Shown here one piece after another: positions 49,476-59,553 of a DNA stretch of 64,000 nucleotides. A model generated the notes under the pieces. The model saw nothing but the letters and a program-made list of their open reading frames with translations. It was not told where the DNA came from and did not search any database. The stretch is from an uncultured Acidobacteriota bacterium (lineage in GTDB: Bacteria; Acidobacteriota; Terriglobia; Terriglobales; Acidobacteriaceae). Within the stretch, counting starts at the first letter, position 1. Every line of letters starts with the position of its first letter. Location of the stretch: the NCBI GenBank assembly GCA_963800195.1, contig CAWCZZ010000005.1, forward strand, positions 18,483 to 82,482, given 5' to 3'. The translations under genes and the position numbers were made by a program.

Positions 49476-50633
49476 TTACTTAAACTCGGCATAGTCTTCC
49501 AGCTTCCAGCCTCCGTTTTGCACGCGGATCACAGCCATGCCCAACTTATCGACTCCCGTGTGGTCGTTCGCCGTGAAGTTGAACACCGCCATCGCTCCCT
49601 TGTATCCCTTGGTCTCCTCGATCGCGTTCCGCAGAGCCTCGCGGAATTGCACCGTTCCCGGCTTGGCGCCGCTCTTCAGGGCCTTGGGAATAGCGATCCG
49701 CAAAATGTTCATGGTGTCCCAAACTTGCGCTGCAAACGGCGAACGCAGACCGAACTTGGGCTCGTAAGCATTGCCAAATTTGGTCGCTTCGGCCTTGGTG
49801 GGATAACCCGCAGGCAACTGTTCATAGACGAAAACCGGAGACTGCGTTACATAGATGCCTTCGATTGCCTTCCCGCCAAGGCGCAGGAATTCCGGATTGG
49901 CGACGCTGCCGGTGTGGTAGATCTTGCCCTTGTAGTTGCGCTCCACCAGCGCAAAGTTAGGCGTCGCTGCGGTGGTTCCAACCGCCGCAATGTACACCGC
50001 GTCGGGATTCCCACTTACGATCCGAAGCACCTGCGGAGTGACGCCGTTATCGCCCTTCGAGAATTTCTCTACGTCCAGGATTTTGATCCCTTTGGGCCCC
50101 GCCTGCTTTTTCAGTTCATCGGCGTTGCTCTCGCCGAACGGATCGTCGGTGGCGATAATCGAGACGGTCTTCACTCCCTTTCTCACCATGTTCCTCACCA
50201 TGGTCGCGATGTACAGGTCGACGTTGCCGCCGATCTTGAAGACCCATCGCCGCCTCGCATCCATCGGCTCGACGATTGCAGTAGCCGAACCAAATGAGAA
50301 CATCGGTGTCTTTAGCTGTGAAACCGTGTCGATCACGGCCAGCGATGTCACGGTGAGGCTCGGCCCAAGCAGCGCGTCGATGTTGTCTTCTAAAATGAGG
50401 CGCTTCACATTCTGCACTGCCATCGTCGGATCGGAGGCGTCGTCGTACACCACGTACTTCACTTTGAGTCCGGCGATCTCGCCAGGCGCCAGGGTCAACG
50501 CATTCTTTTCCGGAATGCCCAGCGAAGCTCCCGGCCCGGTGGTGGAGATATCCACACCGATGGTGATCTGCGCCTGCACCAGCAGAGCGGCGAAGACCAT
50601 GCATGACAAGACAAAAATAGACCTGCTTCGCAT
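49476..50633 (-). CDS. ABC transporter substrate-binding protein (LivJ/branched-chain amino acid type)
   Basis: A signal peptide followed by a periplasmic-binding-protein type 1 pattern (IGVDISTTGPGASLGIPEKNA...YDDASDP). Confidence 0.75.
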   Translation of the reverse strand: MRSRSIFVLSCMVFAALLVQAQITIGVDISTTGPGASLGIPEKNALTLAPGEIAGLKVKYVVYDDASDPTMAVQNVKRLILEDNIDALLGPSLTVTSLAVIDTVSQLKTPMFSFGSATAIVEPMDARRRWVFKIGGNVDLYIATMVRNMVRKGVKTVSIIATDDPFGESNADELKKQAGPKGIKILDVEKFSKGDNGVTPQVLRIVSGNPDAVYIAAVGTTAATPNFALVERNYKGKIYHTGSVANPEFLRLGGKAIEGIYVTQSPVFVYEQLPAGYPTKAEATKFGNAYEPKFGLRSPFAAQVWDTMNILRIAIPKALKSGAKPGTVQFREALRNAIEETKGYKGAMAVFNFTANDHTGVDKLGMAVIRVQNGGWKLEDYAEFK

Positions 50634-51070
50634 TGCGTTACCTCCAATTTTAGTCAGTGATTTCCTCTTGCCTTGTTGAACTTCAGCACCCCTGCCTTGG
50701 CATCATACTCACCACGCAACTGTCCAGCAACCACAAACCGAGACCAGATAACGTACACACAACGGCAGGGTTCGACACATCCCGAACGACTCCCGCGCCG
50801 CATTCAATACCCATAAGCCCCGCGTTTGCCGCGCCAGCGGCTTCCTTCTGACGGCTTCATCGAACGCGCGTACCATAAAGCACTAAAGTGACTCTGAAAC
50901 AATCCCGGGAAGTCTCAGACGATCTCCGGGCGGGCTGGCAGTTTTGCCAGTGGATGGGGCGGCGCGGTGTTTTTAGATCGAGTGCGGGTACGTTCAGGTG
51001 CGTCTAATGGGGGAGAGGTAGCGTCAAGCGCTAAGGGCCTAGAGGAGGCAGAGATATTGTGGGGCTGGTG

Positions 51071-51096
51071 GGAGCGGACATCGTGGTCCGCTCCCA
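51071..51096 (-). terminator. perfect 10-bp stem hairpin just downstream of the 51106..51693 gene
   Basis: gggagcggac-atcgtg-gtccgctccc. There is no U-tract, so it may be a transcript-end or processing hairpin rather than a canonical terminator. Confidence 0.35.
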
Positions 51097-51105
51097 GGTG
51101 CTCAG

Positions 51106-51693
51106 CTATCTTGCTTCGCAGGTGGAAGCCTGACGGCTGTTGGGGAGTTGAGCTTCGATGCGCACCGAGACCGGCGGCTTCCTGGGGGGAAGGAGTGCCG
51201 CGGGCTGGGTGGGATCGTGCTCATCCCCGGCTTCGCTGGAGGCAAAGACAGGCCGAAGGAGACCGACCTCAAGGAGGACTGCGGAGAGGGAGTCAAGGGC
51301 TGCGGCGTAGCGGCGCTCGGCACGCTGCACGGTAATGCCGAGACGGAGTGCCGCTTCCGGGATGCTGTAGTCGAGCAGAATAACGCCGGCGATGATCTCC
51401 AGAGATTGACGCTTGATGCGCTCAAAGACGCGCTCAATGTCATGGACGAAGATCACGGCATCCTCAAAGGTGTTGAGTTTGTAGGAGCTGACGCGGGCGC
51501 GGAAGCAGAGGCCTCCGAGGATGCTTGGCAAGCGTCCGATGTCAACCGCCGTGCGGAAGTAGCGCCGCAGGAGGGCGCGTGTGTAAGAGCGATAAGCGCT
51601 CAAGTTGGCGGACGCGGATTGCCGGTTGCGTCCGCCGGAGACGAGGCGCATTGCGGAGTTAGCGGGACGATCGTTCATGCTTGCATCGTTCAT
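51106..51693 (-). CDS. sigma-70 region-4-like / HTH regulatory protein (phage early gene?)
   Basis: The internal ATG at 51693 overlaps the upstream stop (ATGA). The C-terminal LLDYSIPEAALRLGITVQRAERRYAAALDSL resembles a sigma region 4 HTH. Confidence 0.4.
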   Translation of the reverse strand: MNDASMNDRPANSAMRLVSGGRNRQSASANLSAYRSYTRALLRRYFRTAVDIGRLPSILGGLCFRARVSSYKLNTFEDAVIFVHDIERVFERIKRQSLEIIAGVILLDYSIPEAALRLGITVQRAERRYAAALDSLSAVLLEVGLLRPVFASSEAGDEHDPTQPAALLPPRKPPVSVRIEAQLPNSRQASTCEAR

Positions 51694-51893
51694 GCCTGCA
51701 CCTCCGCCCGAAGCCGGGTCCAGCACTGCAGAAAGGAAACTGGACGGTCGAGCAGAAGCGAGGCTTCCGCCCTGGCGCACGGCGCGCAATGGATGAGGGC
51801 GCTGCCCGAACGGCGAAGCCAGATGTTGCCACAACGTTCGCAATACTTGAGTTCCATGTGGCGCAAGTGTGGTAGTTCGTTTTTTGCTTTCAT
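51690..51893 (-). CDS. small zinc-ribbon protein
   Basis: MKAKNELPHLRHMELKYCERCGNIWLRRSGSALIHCAPCAR carries two CxxC pairs. Translationally coupled to the next gene. Confidence 0.4.
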   Translation of the reverse strand: MKAKNELPHLRHMELKYCERCGNIWLRRSGSALIHCAPCARAEASLLLDRPVSFLQCWTRLRAEVQA

Positions 51894-52107
51894 TGTTTTC
51901 TGCCCCCCTGCAAGAAAAAATCCTGCCGCCGGCAACGGGTGATGCTTGCAGGAGCTGGGCTCCAGCAAGCATCACGACAATGCCAACGACAGGGCTCGAT
52001 TAGTTTGCGATGACCTGTTTGTTATGAAAGTTGAAGCAGCGCGTCCTGAATACGACCATGGATTTGCCGTCAACTGAGTTGCTGTTTGCTTCTTCCTGAG
52101 ACCGGAA

Positions 52108-52323
52108 TCAGGTCAGCCTGCGGTCGTCCTTACGCGTAAAGTAACCTTCTTCGTAACCTGATTTGAGAATTGTGCCGTTCTGAACTACGACACTAAGCCG
52201 CCCGGTAAAGCGTATTTCCCGGAGAAGTTTCGAGACCCCCGGGGCAATTAACTGGGAATCACGAACTTTGCGGCGAAACTCGACGAAAATGGTTTCGCTT
52301 GAAGCATTACTGTCTTGCTCCAT
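52108..52323 (-). CDS. small hypothetical protein (Cro-position gene, divergent from the repressor)
   Basis: 71-aa ORF. GRLSVVVQNGTILKSGYEE is reminiscent of DUF2292/YezD-type small proteins, but the match is weak. Confidence 0.35.
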   Translation of the reverse strand: MEQDSNASSETIFVEFRRKVRDSQLIAPGVSKLLREIRFTGRLSVVVQNGTILKSGYEEGYFTRKDDRRLT

Positions 52324-52466
52324 GCTCTAGCTCCTCGTTTGATAGCCAATTGGTTTATCGGGTGAATCATTGAGTAGGGGGTAAGGGGAAGTCAACTAGA
52401 TATTGCTAGTAGTTGTTACTAAAGTTTTTAATCAATTCTAAAAGTTATAGTCCGCGAGGCAGCGCG

Positions 52467-53174
52467 ATGTTGATTTCAGATTTGCAGGATCGTCTGCGGG
52501 CTCTGGTTGGTGAGCGCATTGATGCCGGTGAGTTGTCAGGGACGAAGTTGGCAAAGCTGGCCGGTTTTCAGCAAGCGCATGTTTCCAATTTTCTAAATCG
52601 ACGCAGGGGATTGAGCATCGAGGCGATGGACCGGATCATGGAGGTCCTACGGCTGGACGTTCGCGACCTGACGCCGGAGGAGCGCAGACGGAGAGAACCG
52701 GCAGGTGGCGGTGAAGCCGGCTTTGATTCGATTCCAATGGTGCGGAACGAGGATTTGTTGCGGCGCGATTTCAATGCCGGCAGGGTCATTGAGTATCTGC
52801 ACTTCAAGAAGAGCTTTTTGCGGCGGCTTCGTCCGGAGATGGCGAACCAGCGCCAACATTGGCAGCGCTTTGTGCTGATCAAGGCAGATAAGGATTGTGG
52901 TGCGGCGATGAGTCCGAGGTTGCCGCCGGGAGCGACGCTGTTGATCGACCGGCACTACAACTCGCTGCGCTGCTACCGGCGGATGGAGCCGAATCTATAC
53001 GTTGTAAAGAGCGGCGACGACTTTGTGGTTCGCTATGTGGAGATGCAAGGGGACCAACTTACGCTTCGTCCCGAGAATCCGAAGCATGCTCTGGGATGGG
53101 TGCGGTTGGGCAAGGGCGAGACATTTGCGGACTGCGTGGTTGGACGGGTGGCTATAGTCGCGATGGAAATTTAA
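52467..53174 (+). CDS. CI/LexA-like repressor (XRE HTH plus S24 peptidase-like C-terminal domain)
   Basis: LAKLAGFQQAHVSNFLNRRRGLSIEAMDRIMEVL is an HTH. The C-terminal AAMSPRLPPGATLLIDR...YVVKSGDDFVVRYVE has the S24 Ser...Lys layout. Confidence 0.6.
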   Translation: MLISDLQDRLRALVGERIDAGELSGTKLAKLAGFQQAHVSNFLNRRRGLSIEAMDRIMEVLRLDVRDLTPEERRRREPAGGGEAGFDSIPMVRNEDLLRRDFNAGRVIEYLHFKKSFLRRLRPEMANQRQHWQRFVLIKADKDCGAAMSPRLPPGATLLIDRHYNSLRCYRRMEPNLYVVKSGDDFVVRYVEMQGDQLTLRPENPKHALGWVRLGKGETFADCVVGRVAIVAMEI

Positions 53175-53206
53175 GCGACTTTCAAAACCTATAGAAGGGG
53201 AGAGGG

Positions 53207-53349
53207 TTGCTTCCCAGCTTATCGCCGAAAAACGTCGGCGCGAAGCTGGGGCACCCGACCGCTTCGTATAACCGCGTAGTAGGCAAGAGCAACAGCCATT
53301 GCAAAGGTTGCAGGTGCGGAGGACATTGCTTCCCAGCTTATCGCCGAAA
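53207..53349. repeat. two 24-bp direct repeats (ttgcttcccagcttatcgccgaaa), 119 bp apart, each opening a long imperfect hairpin
   Basis: Copies at 53207-53230 and 53326-53349 are identical. The first forms CCCAGCTT-at-CGCCGA-aaaacg-TCGGCG-cg-AAGCTGGG. Confidence 0.7.
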
Positions 53350-53554
53350 GGCCGCGGCTTCGCAGTCGGGGACGCGGCAAATACCGCCGCTTCGGCTGCG
53401 GGCGCAGGACGAGAATTTTTGTTGTCAAGAGCAGATATTTTCAAATCACAAAGTAAGTAGCTGATATCAAATCAAATAGAGTTTGTGTCTCTGGTGAGGG
53501 GGAACAGGGGGTGAAGTTGATATCCTGAAGATAAGAAGAGGGAGAGGGGCGGCG

Positions 53555-54103
53555 GTGGCATCGAAGAAGAAGGCGGTGGTAGTTGCAAAGAAGAACGGAG
53601 CCGGCAAAGATGCTGCCTGCGAGGACGGATCAGCGTCCAAGCAGACAAGAGGAGTGAAGGCGAAGAAAACGGAAGCATCCGGGAATGGCGCGGGTGAGGG
53701 CGAGGCGAAGCGCGGGACAACACTCGGGACAAAGCGTGAGGTAAAACGCAAGCCAAAGCGAGAGGCTGAAAAGCATCCGAAGGTGCGGGCGGCGGGCGGG
53801 GCCAGGAAGAATCTCGGAAGCGAGCAAGAGTTGGACCCATTCGAGGTTGCGAAGCGGAAGGTGAAGGGGTCGGTTCCGGCAATTGTGGAAGCGATGGTGG
53901 AACTGGCCAAGCAGGGAAGCTGTACGCACGCGAAGACGCTGCTGGAGATGACGGGCGCCAGGCATATGTTCGACGGCGACGCCGAAGCGCAGGGTGGCGA
54001 GTCGTGGGCGAAGCTGGTGCTGGAGCGACTGGACGAAGCGGATTGCGAAGCCGAGCGGGAGAGCGTGCAAGAGGAATCGCAGGAAGTTGCGGTGGCGGAG
54101 TAG
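53555..54103 (+). CDS. Lys-rich hypothetical protein
   Basis: 182-aa ORF. The N-terminal half is K/A/G-rich. The C-terminal half (VPAIVEAMVELAKQGSCTHAKTLLEMTG) looks like a small helical DNA-binding module. Confidence 0.4.
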   Translation: MASKKKAVVVAKKNGAGKDAACEDGSASKQTRGVKAKKTEASGNGAGEGEAKRGTTLGTKREVKRKPKREAEKHPKVRAAGGARKNLGSEQELDPFEVAKRKVKGSVPAIVEAMVELAKQGSCTHAKTLLEMTGARHMFDGDAEAQGGESWAKLVLERLDEADCEAERESVQEESQEVAVAE

Positions 54104-54158
54104 GGTAGAAGGGCGAGCACCGGGCAGTAAGCCGGAATCGAGCGGGGCGAGCGCTGGC

Positions 54159-54650
54159 ATGGACATGACGTGGGTGACTGACCGGATCGCGGTCGGCGGC
54201 GGAATCTGGGTGGAAGAGCGAATGGCCGAGGTGGCACGGGCCGGGGTGACGCACGTCATCGACATGCAGATGGAGTTCGACGACACAGCGCTGGGCGAAC
54301 GAGTCGGAGTGAAGGTGCTGTGGAATCCGGTTGACGACGACTTTGAGCCGAAGCCGCGAGAGATCTTCGAGCGCGGAGTTCGATTTGCGATGGGGGCGTT
54401 GGAAGATCCGCTGGCGAAGGTGTTTGTGCACTGCGCGGCGGGAGTACATCGTGCTCCGATGATGGCGCTGGCGGTGCTGTGCGCGACGGGATACTCGCTG
54501 GAGCAGGCGAAGCGTTTGATCCAGACGAAGCGGTATGTGGTGGACTTTGCCGAGGTGTATGTCCGCAGCGTGGAGCGCTTTCTTGCGGGCTACGCGGAAA
54601 GCAAGGGCGGAGCGGGAATGAGCCGAAAGGACGGCGACAGAAGAGCATGA
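54159..54650 (+). CDS. dual-specificity / Cys-based protein phosphatase
   Basis: VHCAAGVHRAP is the HCxxGxxR P-loop. 163 aa from the ATG at 54159. The stop overlaps the tail-fibre ATG (ATGA). Confidence 0.7.
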   Translation: MDMTWVTDRIAVGGGIWVEERMAEVARAGVTHVIDMQMEFDDTALGERVGVKVLWNPVDDDFEPKPREIFERGVRFAMGALEDPLAKVFVHCAAGVHRAPMMALAVLCATGYSLEQAKRLIQTKRYVVDFAEVYVRSVERFLAGYAESKGGAGMSRKDGDRRA

Positions 54651-57600
54651 ATACGAGAGCGATGGGAAGTTCAAGCCGCCTTTTGGGGCGGCTTATCATT
54701 TTTGTGTGGGCGGGGCTATTTTTGGGCGCGGCAGGGGCGAAGGCGACTCCAGTGAAGGCGCTGGTGCAGGACACTCTGTACCGGGCGGACGGAAGCGCTG
54801 CACAAGGCGACATCACGATCCGCTGGACTGGGTTTTCGACGAGTGCGGGAGAGGCGGTGGCGGCTGGGCAGATGACGGTGAAGACGGACGCCAACGGCGG
54901 AATTGCAATCCCTCTGATTCCGAATACGGGGGCGAGCCCTTCGGGAAGCTACTACAGAGTTGTGATCAAGCTGGACGATGGAACGACGAGCGAGGAAATG
55001 TGGGTTGTTCCGGCGGTGGCGACGACGACGGTGGCGACGATCCGGGCGAAGATTGTGCCGCAGGCAGTAGCAGCGCAGTTTGCGAGCGTTGACTACCTGG
55101 ACACAGAACTGGCCGGAGTGGTGCATCTGGCAGGGACGGAGACGATCCAGGGCGCAAAAACCTTTGTGCCTTCGCCGCAGGTTCCGGCGCCAACGGCGGC
55201 GGGTGGAGCGGCGAATAAGGGCTATGTGGACCAGGCGATGGCAGGGCTGGCGACGGTGGCTTCGACGGGAAATTATAACGATCTGCTGAACAAGCCGGCG
55301 GGTGCGAATCTGGCCTCGCCTGGAGCGATCGGCGTGGTCGCTCCAGGGCCGATAAACGCAACGGCGTATACGGTAAATGGAGCGCCGCTGGCAAGCGCGG
55401 ACCTGAGCGATGGTGCGTTGCTGGCAAAAACCAGCACCACGATCAACGGTTTTCCAATCTCGTCGAACGTAACGCTGTCGGCTTCCAATCTAACGATGGG
55501 AGCGTTGCCAAACGGCACGACAGCTACGACGCAGGCAGCCAACGACAACTCGACGAAGTTGGCGACAACGCAGTATGTGACTTCTTCACTTGCCGCGCCT
55601 GGCGCGATAGGCAGCACCACGCCGGGATTAGTCAACGCGACCAACGTCAATGCGTCAGGCAGCGTCGCGGCGGGGACGACGTGTCCGGCAAGTTATCCAT
55701 CGGGAACGCTGTGCGCGAAGATGGTCAACGGGATGATTAACGCCGTTGGCTACGGGGCTGACCCAACCGGAGTGAGCGACAGCGGGGCGGGGATTCTGGC
55801 CGCAGTGGTGGCGGCGACCACCACCAATCCAGGGCTGGAGTCGAACACGATTTATTTCCCCTGCGGCGACTACTCGATACATGAAGTTGATCTTAGCTCC
55901 TACGGCAACCTGATGCTAAAGGGCGAAGACAACGATATGTGTGTTCGCTTCTTCTATAACGGTGCGGGTGGGGTGGGAAGCTATCTGCTCAAGACGGGGC
56001 CGCTGACTTCAGGCGGCTTGCAATACCTTCGCTTCTTCGGCACCGCGAGCACCTACGCCAGTTCAATTACCACGCTGGCGCAGAACGCCCTCATCATCGC
56101 TCAGGCCGATTCGATGACTACGCTGGAACATTTGAGCTTTGTCACTTTCTTCGGCGATGCGGCAGTATTCACGTATGGGCCGACCAATCTTTACATGCGG
56201 CACTTCCGCGCCGATGCGGTGGGTGGCTACGTAATCGCCATTGCGGCAAACAATACCGCCGACGGCGATCCAATCCATCTTTACGACTTCACGGTGGACA
56301 ACGTGCCGAGCAGTTTGCTCAACAGCTTTGTCGCGGCCAATCCCTACACCACCGGCGCGGTATCAACGGTTTCGATTGCAACTGCCGGGTCGGGCATGAC
56401 CAATGGAACGTATTTAGTCCCGGCAACGGGAACGAGCCTCGCGCTCCGCCTATGTGCAGATTGTGGTATCGGGCGGGGTGCTGACTCAGGCAACGGTGCT
56501 TGGCGAAGGCTCGCAGTACACTACGGCTCCGACCTTTAATCTGGCTAACGCGACCACGATGAGCGGTGGCACGATTGGCGGCGGCTTGGGCGGCACGCTG
56601 GGCACGCTGACGGCAACCTTGGGCACCATCTCCAACACGGCATGGGGCAAGGGCATTTTGTTCTGCTCAAAATGCAGCGGTTGGAGCCTCTACACTGAGC
56701 ACATTCGCTATGAGCACAACTGGCCGGATGTGACCGTAGGCAACGCCGACGAGGGTAGCTACTACTTCAACGACGATGCCAGTTCTTCAACGCCGATCGC
56801 TAGGCTTCAAGAACATGCTGGATATTCAGAACACGAGTTCGCGGCATCCGGTAATCTCGACGGCGCAGGGCTATGTGCAGGCGACGTTACTGGGGCCGAA
56901 CCGCTATTCCTACAACAGTTCAATCTACAAGAACCGTTCGACGCAGCAGGAGTACGGCGATTCCTTTTTAGGGCAGGCAGCTTACTGGAGCTTTGGAAAA
57001 AGTGCGGTGCAGTTCCGGGGAACCTCGATTGAGGGGCAACTGTTCGACAGCATCGGCTCGACTACCACCAACACGCAGCCACGGAAGTTAGGTGACGTGC
57101 TTTATCGCAGCACGGACTTTGTGCCGGGAACCAACGGGCCAATCCGGGTGCTGACTTACCCGGCCACCGGACGCTCGACCATCGACGCGGGCGGGTTGAA
57201 TATCTCGACTACGGCGACGATTGCGACGAACGCCAGCACCGGCACCGCCAACTTTACCGGCTTCAATCCGCTGGCATCGAATCTTCAACTTAACGACAAC
57301 CTGCTGTGCAAGAACTGCGATGCCACGGGCGCGCTGACGGTGCCATTCCAGGTTACATGCATTGATGGCACCGGGAGCGGAACGGTCTGCGCCGGATTGG
57401 GCGCACAGGGCATTGTGGCATCGGTTGCGCCTGGATGTATTGGCGCAAGTACTTGTCCAGCGGCAGGCGCGGAGACTGTGCAGTGGCAGATTGGACAGCT
57501 TGGCGACTTCGGCTTTGAGGCGACCTGGGGCAGTGCGGCACCAAGCAGCGGGACGTATGGCGTGGGGCGCGTGGTGTGGAATACTAACATCAGTAGCGGC

Positions 57601-58284
57601 CAGCCGATCTACTGGATTTGCTCGACGGCGGGCACGCCGGGAACGTGGACGGCAGGGCCGCTGTACGGGCCGGTGTTGTCGAATCCGATGACCACGCAGG
57701 GCGACATCATTTACAGCAGCAGCGGCACAGGCACGGCGAGCCGCTTGGGCATTGGCACGGCAGGGCAGGTGCTTACGGTCAACTCCGGGGCAACGGCTCC
57801 AAGCTGGCAACCGATTCCAACCAGTACGGGCGACTACATCCTTTCAAGCTGCACAGCGGCGGCAAGTGGAGCGATTACCGGAACGAGCGCGGCAGTTAAT
57901 GTGTACTCCTGCTCTGTTCCAGCTAACGCGATTCCTACGGGCGGGTGCCTTCGGGCGACGGCCTACTTCATCCATACCGGCAGCACTTCGGTGGCCTATG
58001 TGTGGAACTTCGGAGCCACGGCAACGGCAGCGCAGAATAGTTCGACATCGGCCACCACCAACGGCAAGTCGGTAATGATGGCTTGTGCGTTGGCGGGGTC
58101 ATCAACTAGCGAGTTCATTAACGTTGATCCGATGATAATAGGTACGAGCCTTGCAGCCAGCGGTGCGACGGCAACCGCCAGTCAAGACTATGCTTCGGGT
58201 TTTACTGTAACCTTTACCTTCAACGTCGCCAATACGGATTCGGTGACGCCCAAGGGCGCGGTATTTGAGGTATTGCAGCCGTAG
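54647..58284 (+). pseudogene. giant tail fibre / tailspike-like protein (about 1210 aa) with two frame disruptions (near 56450 and near 56800)
   Basis: ORFs 54479..56539, 56454..57032 and 56776..58284 are contiguous. Fibre-collar motifs AANKGYVDQA and NDNSTKLATTQYV are present. INAVGYGADPTGVSDSGAGILAAV is a pectate-lyase-3/beta-helix entry motif. The N-terminus has a hydrophobic signal/anchor, LLGRLIIFVWAGLFLGAAGAKA. Confidence 0.65.
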
Positions 58285-58334
58285 GGGAAGGCAGCAGCTG
58301 GTAGCGTCGGCATCGGCACAACCATGTATAAAGT

Positions 58335-58361
58335 GGGGCCGCTCGAAGGGGCGGCCTTTTT
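58335..58361 (+). terminator. Rho-independent terminator after the tail-fibre gene
   Basis: ggggccgc-tcgaa-ggggcggcc followed by ttttt. Confidence 0.65.
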
Positions 58362-58480
58362 GCATGCGCGTGCGGGGGACGACAGCGAAGAAGTGGGCGG
58401 GCAAGGCGAGGGCTTGAGGCCGAAAAGCCTATGGAGCAACGGGGAGATTTGAGCGGTGATGGGGTTCCTAGCGTTGCTCG

Positions 58481-58529
58481 GAATGACACCTCTCAGGGCG
58501 CGCATGAATGACACCCTTTAGGGCGCGCA
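58481..58529. repeat. tandem 26-bp repeat x2 (gaatgacaccYYtYagggcgcgca)
   Basis: Copies at 58481-58503 and 58507-58529, followed by a GCAAGAGC-type block at 58548-58590. Confidence 0.6.
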
Positions 58530-58604
58530 ATGGGGTAGGCAGTCGAACGAGCAAGAGCAAGAGCAAATGCGAAAGGCAAGAGCACATACAAAAGGGGAAG
58601 AAGG

Positions 58605-58796
58605 ATGGCGGAGATTTTGGGACGGGTAGTTGGGCATCCGAGGACAAGCGCGGCGGGATTGCTGCTGGCGGTGAGCACCGTGCTGGGTGTGTTGCAGCAG
58701 CAGGGGGTTTCACTGGGGCACGTGGGGACGGGAAGCGTGCTTTCGCTGGCGAGCGCGCTGGCGACGGCGCTGTTGGGACTGATGGCGAAGGATTAA
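58605..58796 (+). CDS. small two-TM protein (holin-like position)
   Basis: 63 aa with two hydrophobic helices; RBS gaaggat. There is no endolysin nearby, so the holin call is weak. Confidence 0.35.
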   Translation: MAEILGRVVGHPRTSAAGLLLAVSTVLGVLQQQGVSLGHVGTGSVLSLASALATALLGLMAKD

Positions 58797-58800
58797 ATGC

Positions 58801-59073
58801 ATGGCATGGCAGCCTATCGTTATCTCTCTTACGCCGGCGGAGCTGGCGGCCTGCGAGCAGCGGCTGGTCCGCGCGGGGGTTGCGGTTCCGCAGGGTTATG
58901 CAGGTTCTCTGACGCACGAAGGGGTGACGGTTACGTGCGACTACGACGGGACGGACACGCTCACCGTAAGGGTTGTTGATAAGCCCTGCTGGGTTTCAGA
59001 GGGCTATGTCGAAAACAAGATCCGTGGGTGGTTTGCGGAAGTTCGAGCGACAGGAGAAGCGCAATGTCAGTAG
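58801..59073 (+). CDS. hypothetical phage protein
   Basis: 90-aa ORF tightly packed between neighbouring genes. No family recognised. Confidence 0.35.
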   Translation: MAWQPIVISLTPAELAACEQRLVRAGVAVPQGYAGSLTHEGVTVTCDYDGTDTLTVRVVDKPCWVSEGYVENKIRGWFAEVRATGEAQCQ

Positions 59074-59468
59074 CAAATGTGGAAGAGAAGTTTGTCAGCG
59101 TGCTGGATAAGATTGGCCTGGATTTTGTGAAGGGGCTGAGTGAAGTGCAGAGGTACCTTCCGGCGGCGGCGACCTTGGCGTCGCTGATTTTCCCGGCCGA
59201 TGCGGCGGCGATTGCCGGGGTGGTGAACACGACGCAGCTGATTCAATCGGCGGTTGCCAGCGTGCGGCAGAAGCTGGCGGCGGCGGGGGTGGCGACGGCT
59301 AGCGGAGGTGAGCTGACGGCTGACGTGTTGACGATCGTGACTCCGACGGTGACGCAGTTACTTACCGAGGCGGGAGTGAAGAACGTCAACTCAACCTACA
59401 TCCAGAACATTGTGAATGCGGTGGTGGCGATTCTGAATGTGCAACAGGCTCCGGCCGCAGCGGCATGA
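59064..59468 (+). CDS. hypothetical phage protein
   Basis: MSVANVEEKFVSVLDKIGLDFVKG...; 134 aa from the ATG at 59064, overlapping the previous stop. Confidence 0.35.
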   Translation: MSVANVEEKFVSVLDKIGLDFVKGLSEVQRYLPAAATLASLIFPADAAAIAGVVNTTQLIQSAVASVRQKLAAAGVATASGGELTADVLTIVTPTVTQLLTEAGVKNVNSTYIQNIVNAVVAILNVQQAPAAAA

Positions 59469-59553
59469 TGGCAGGCATGGCGGGAGAGATTTTGTTCCGG
59501 GGCGTGGCGAGGTGAATGGGGTGAAGAAGGCGACGCAGCAGGCAGGGGCGGCC

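Noticed and set aside
50770-50800. tRNA-like GGTTCGA T-loop motif that might mark a prophage att site
   Set aside because: The flanking bases do not form a T-stem or an acceptor stem, and no matching repeat was found elsewhere in the window.
53467-54674. 400-aa and 256-aa minus-strand ORFs opposite the Lys-rich protein and the phosphatase
   Set aside because: These are low-complexity P/S/A/R-rich translations. The plus-strand genes have real motifs (the HCxxGxxR loop), so these are shadow ORFs.
56440-56810. Programmed ribosomal frameshifting in the tail-fibre gene, and similarly in the portal
   Set aside because: No slippery heptamer or downstream structure is evident at the junctions. The same kind of frame break occurs in housekeeping genes throughout the window, so indel errors or decay are the simpler explanation.
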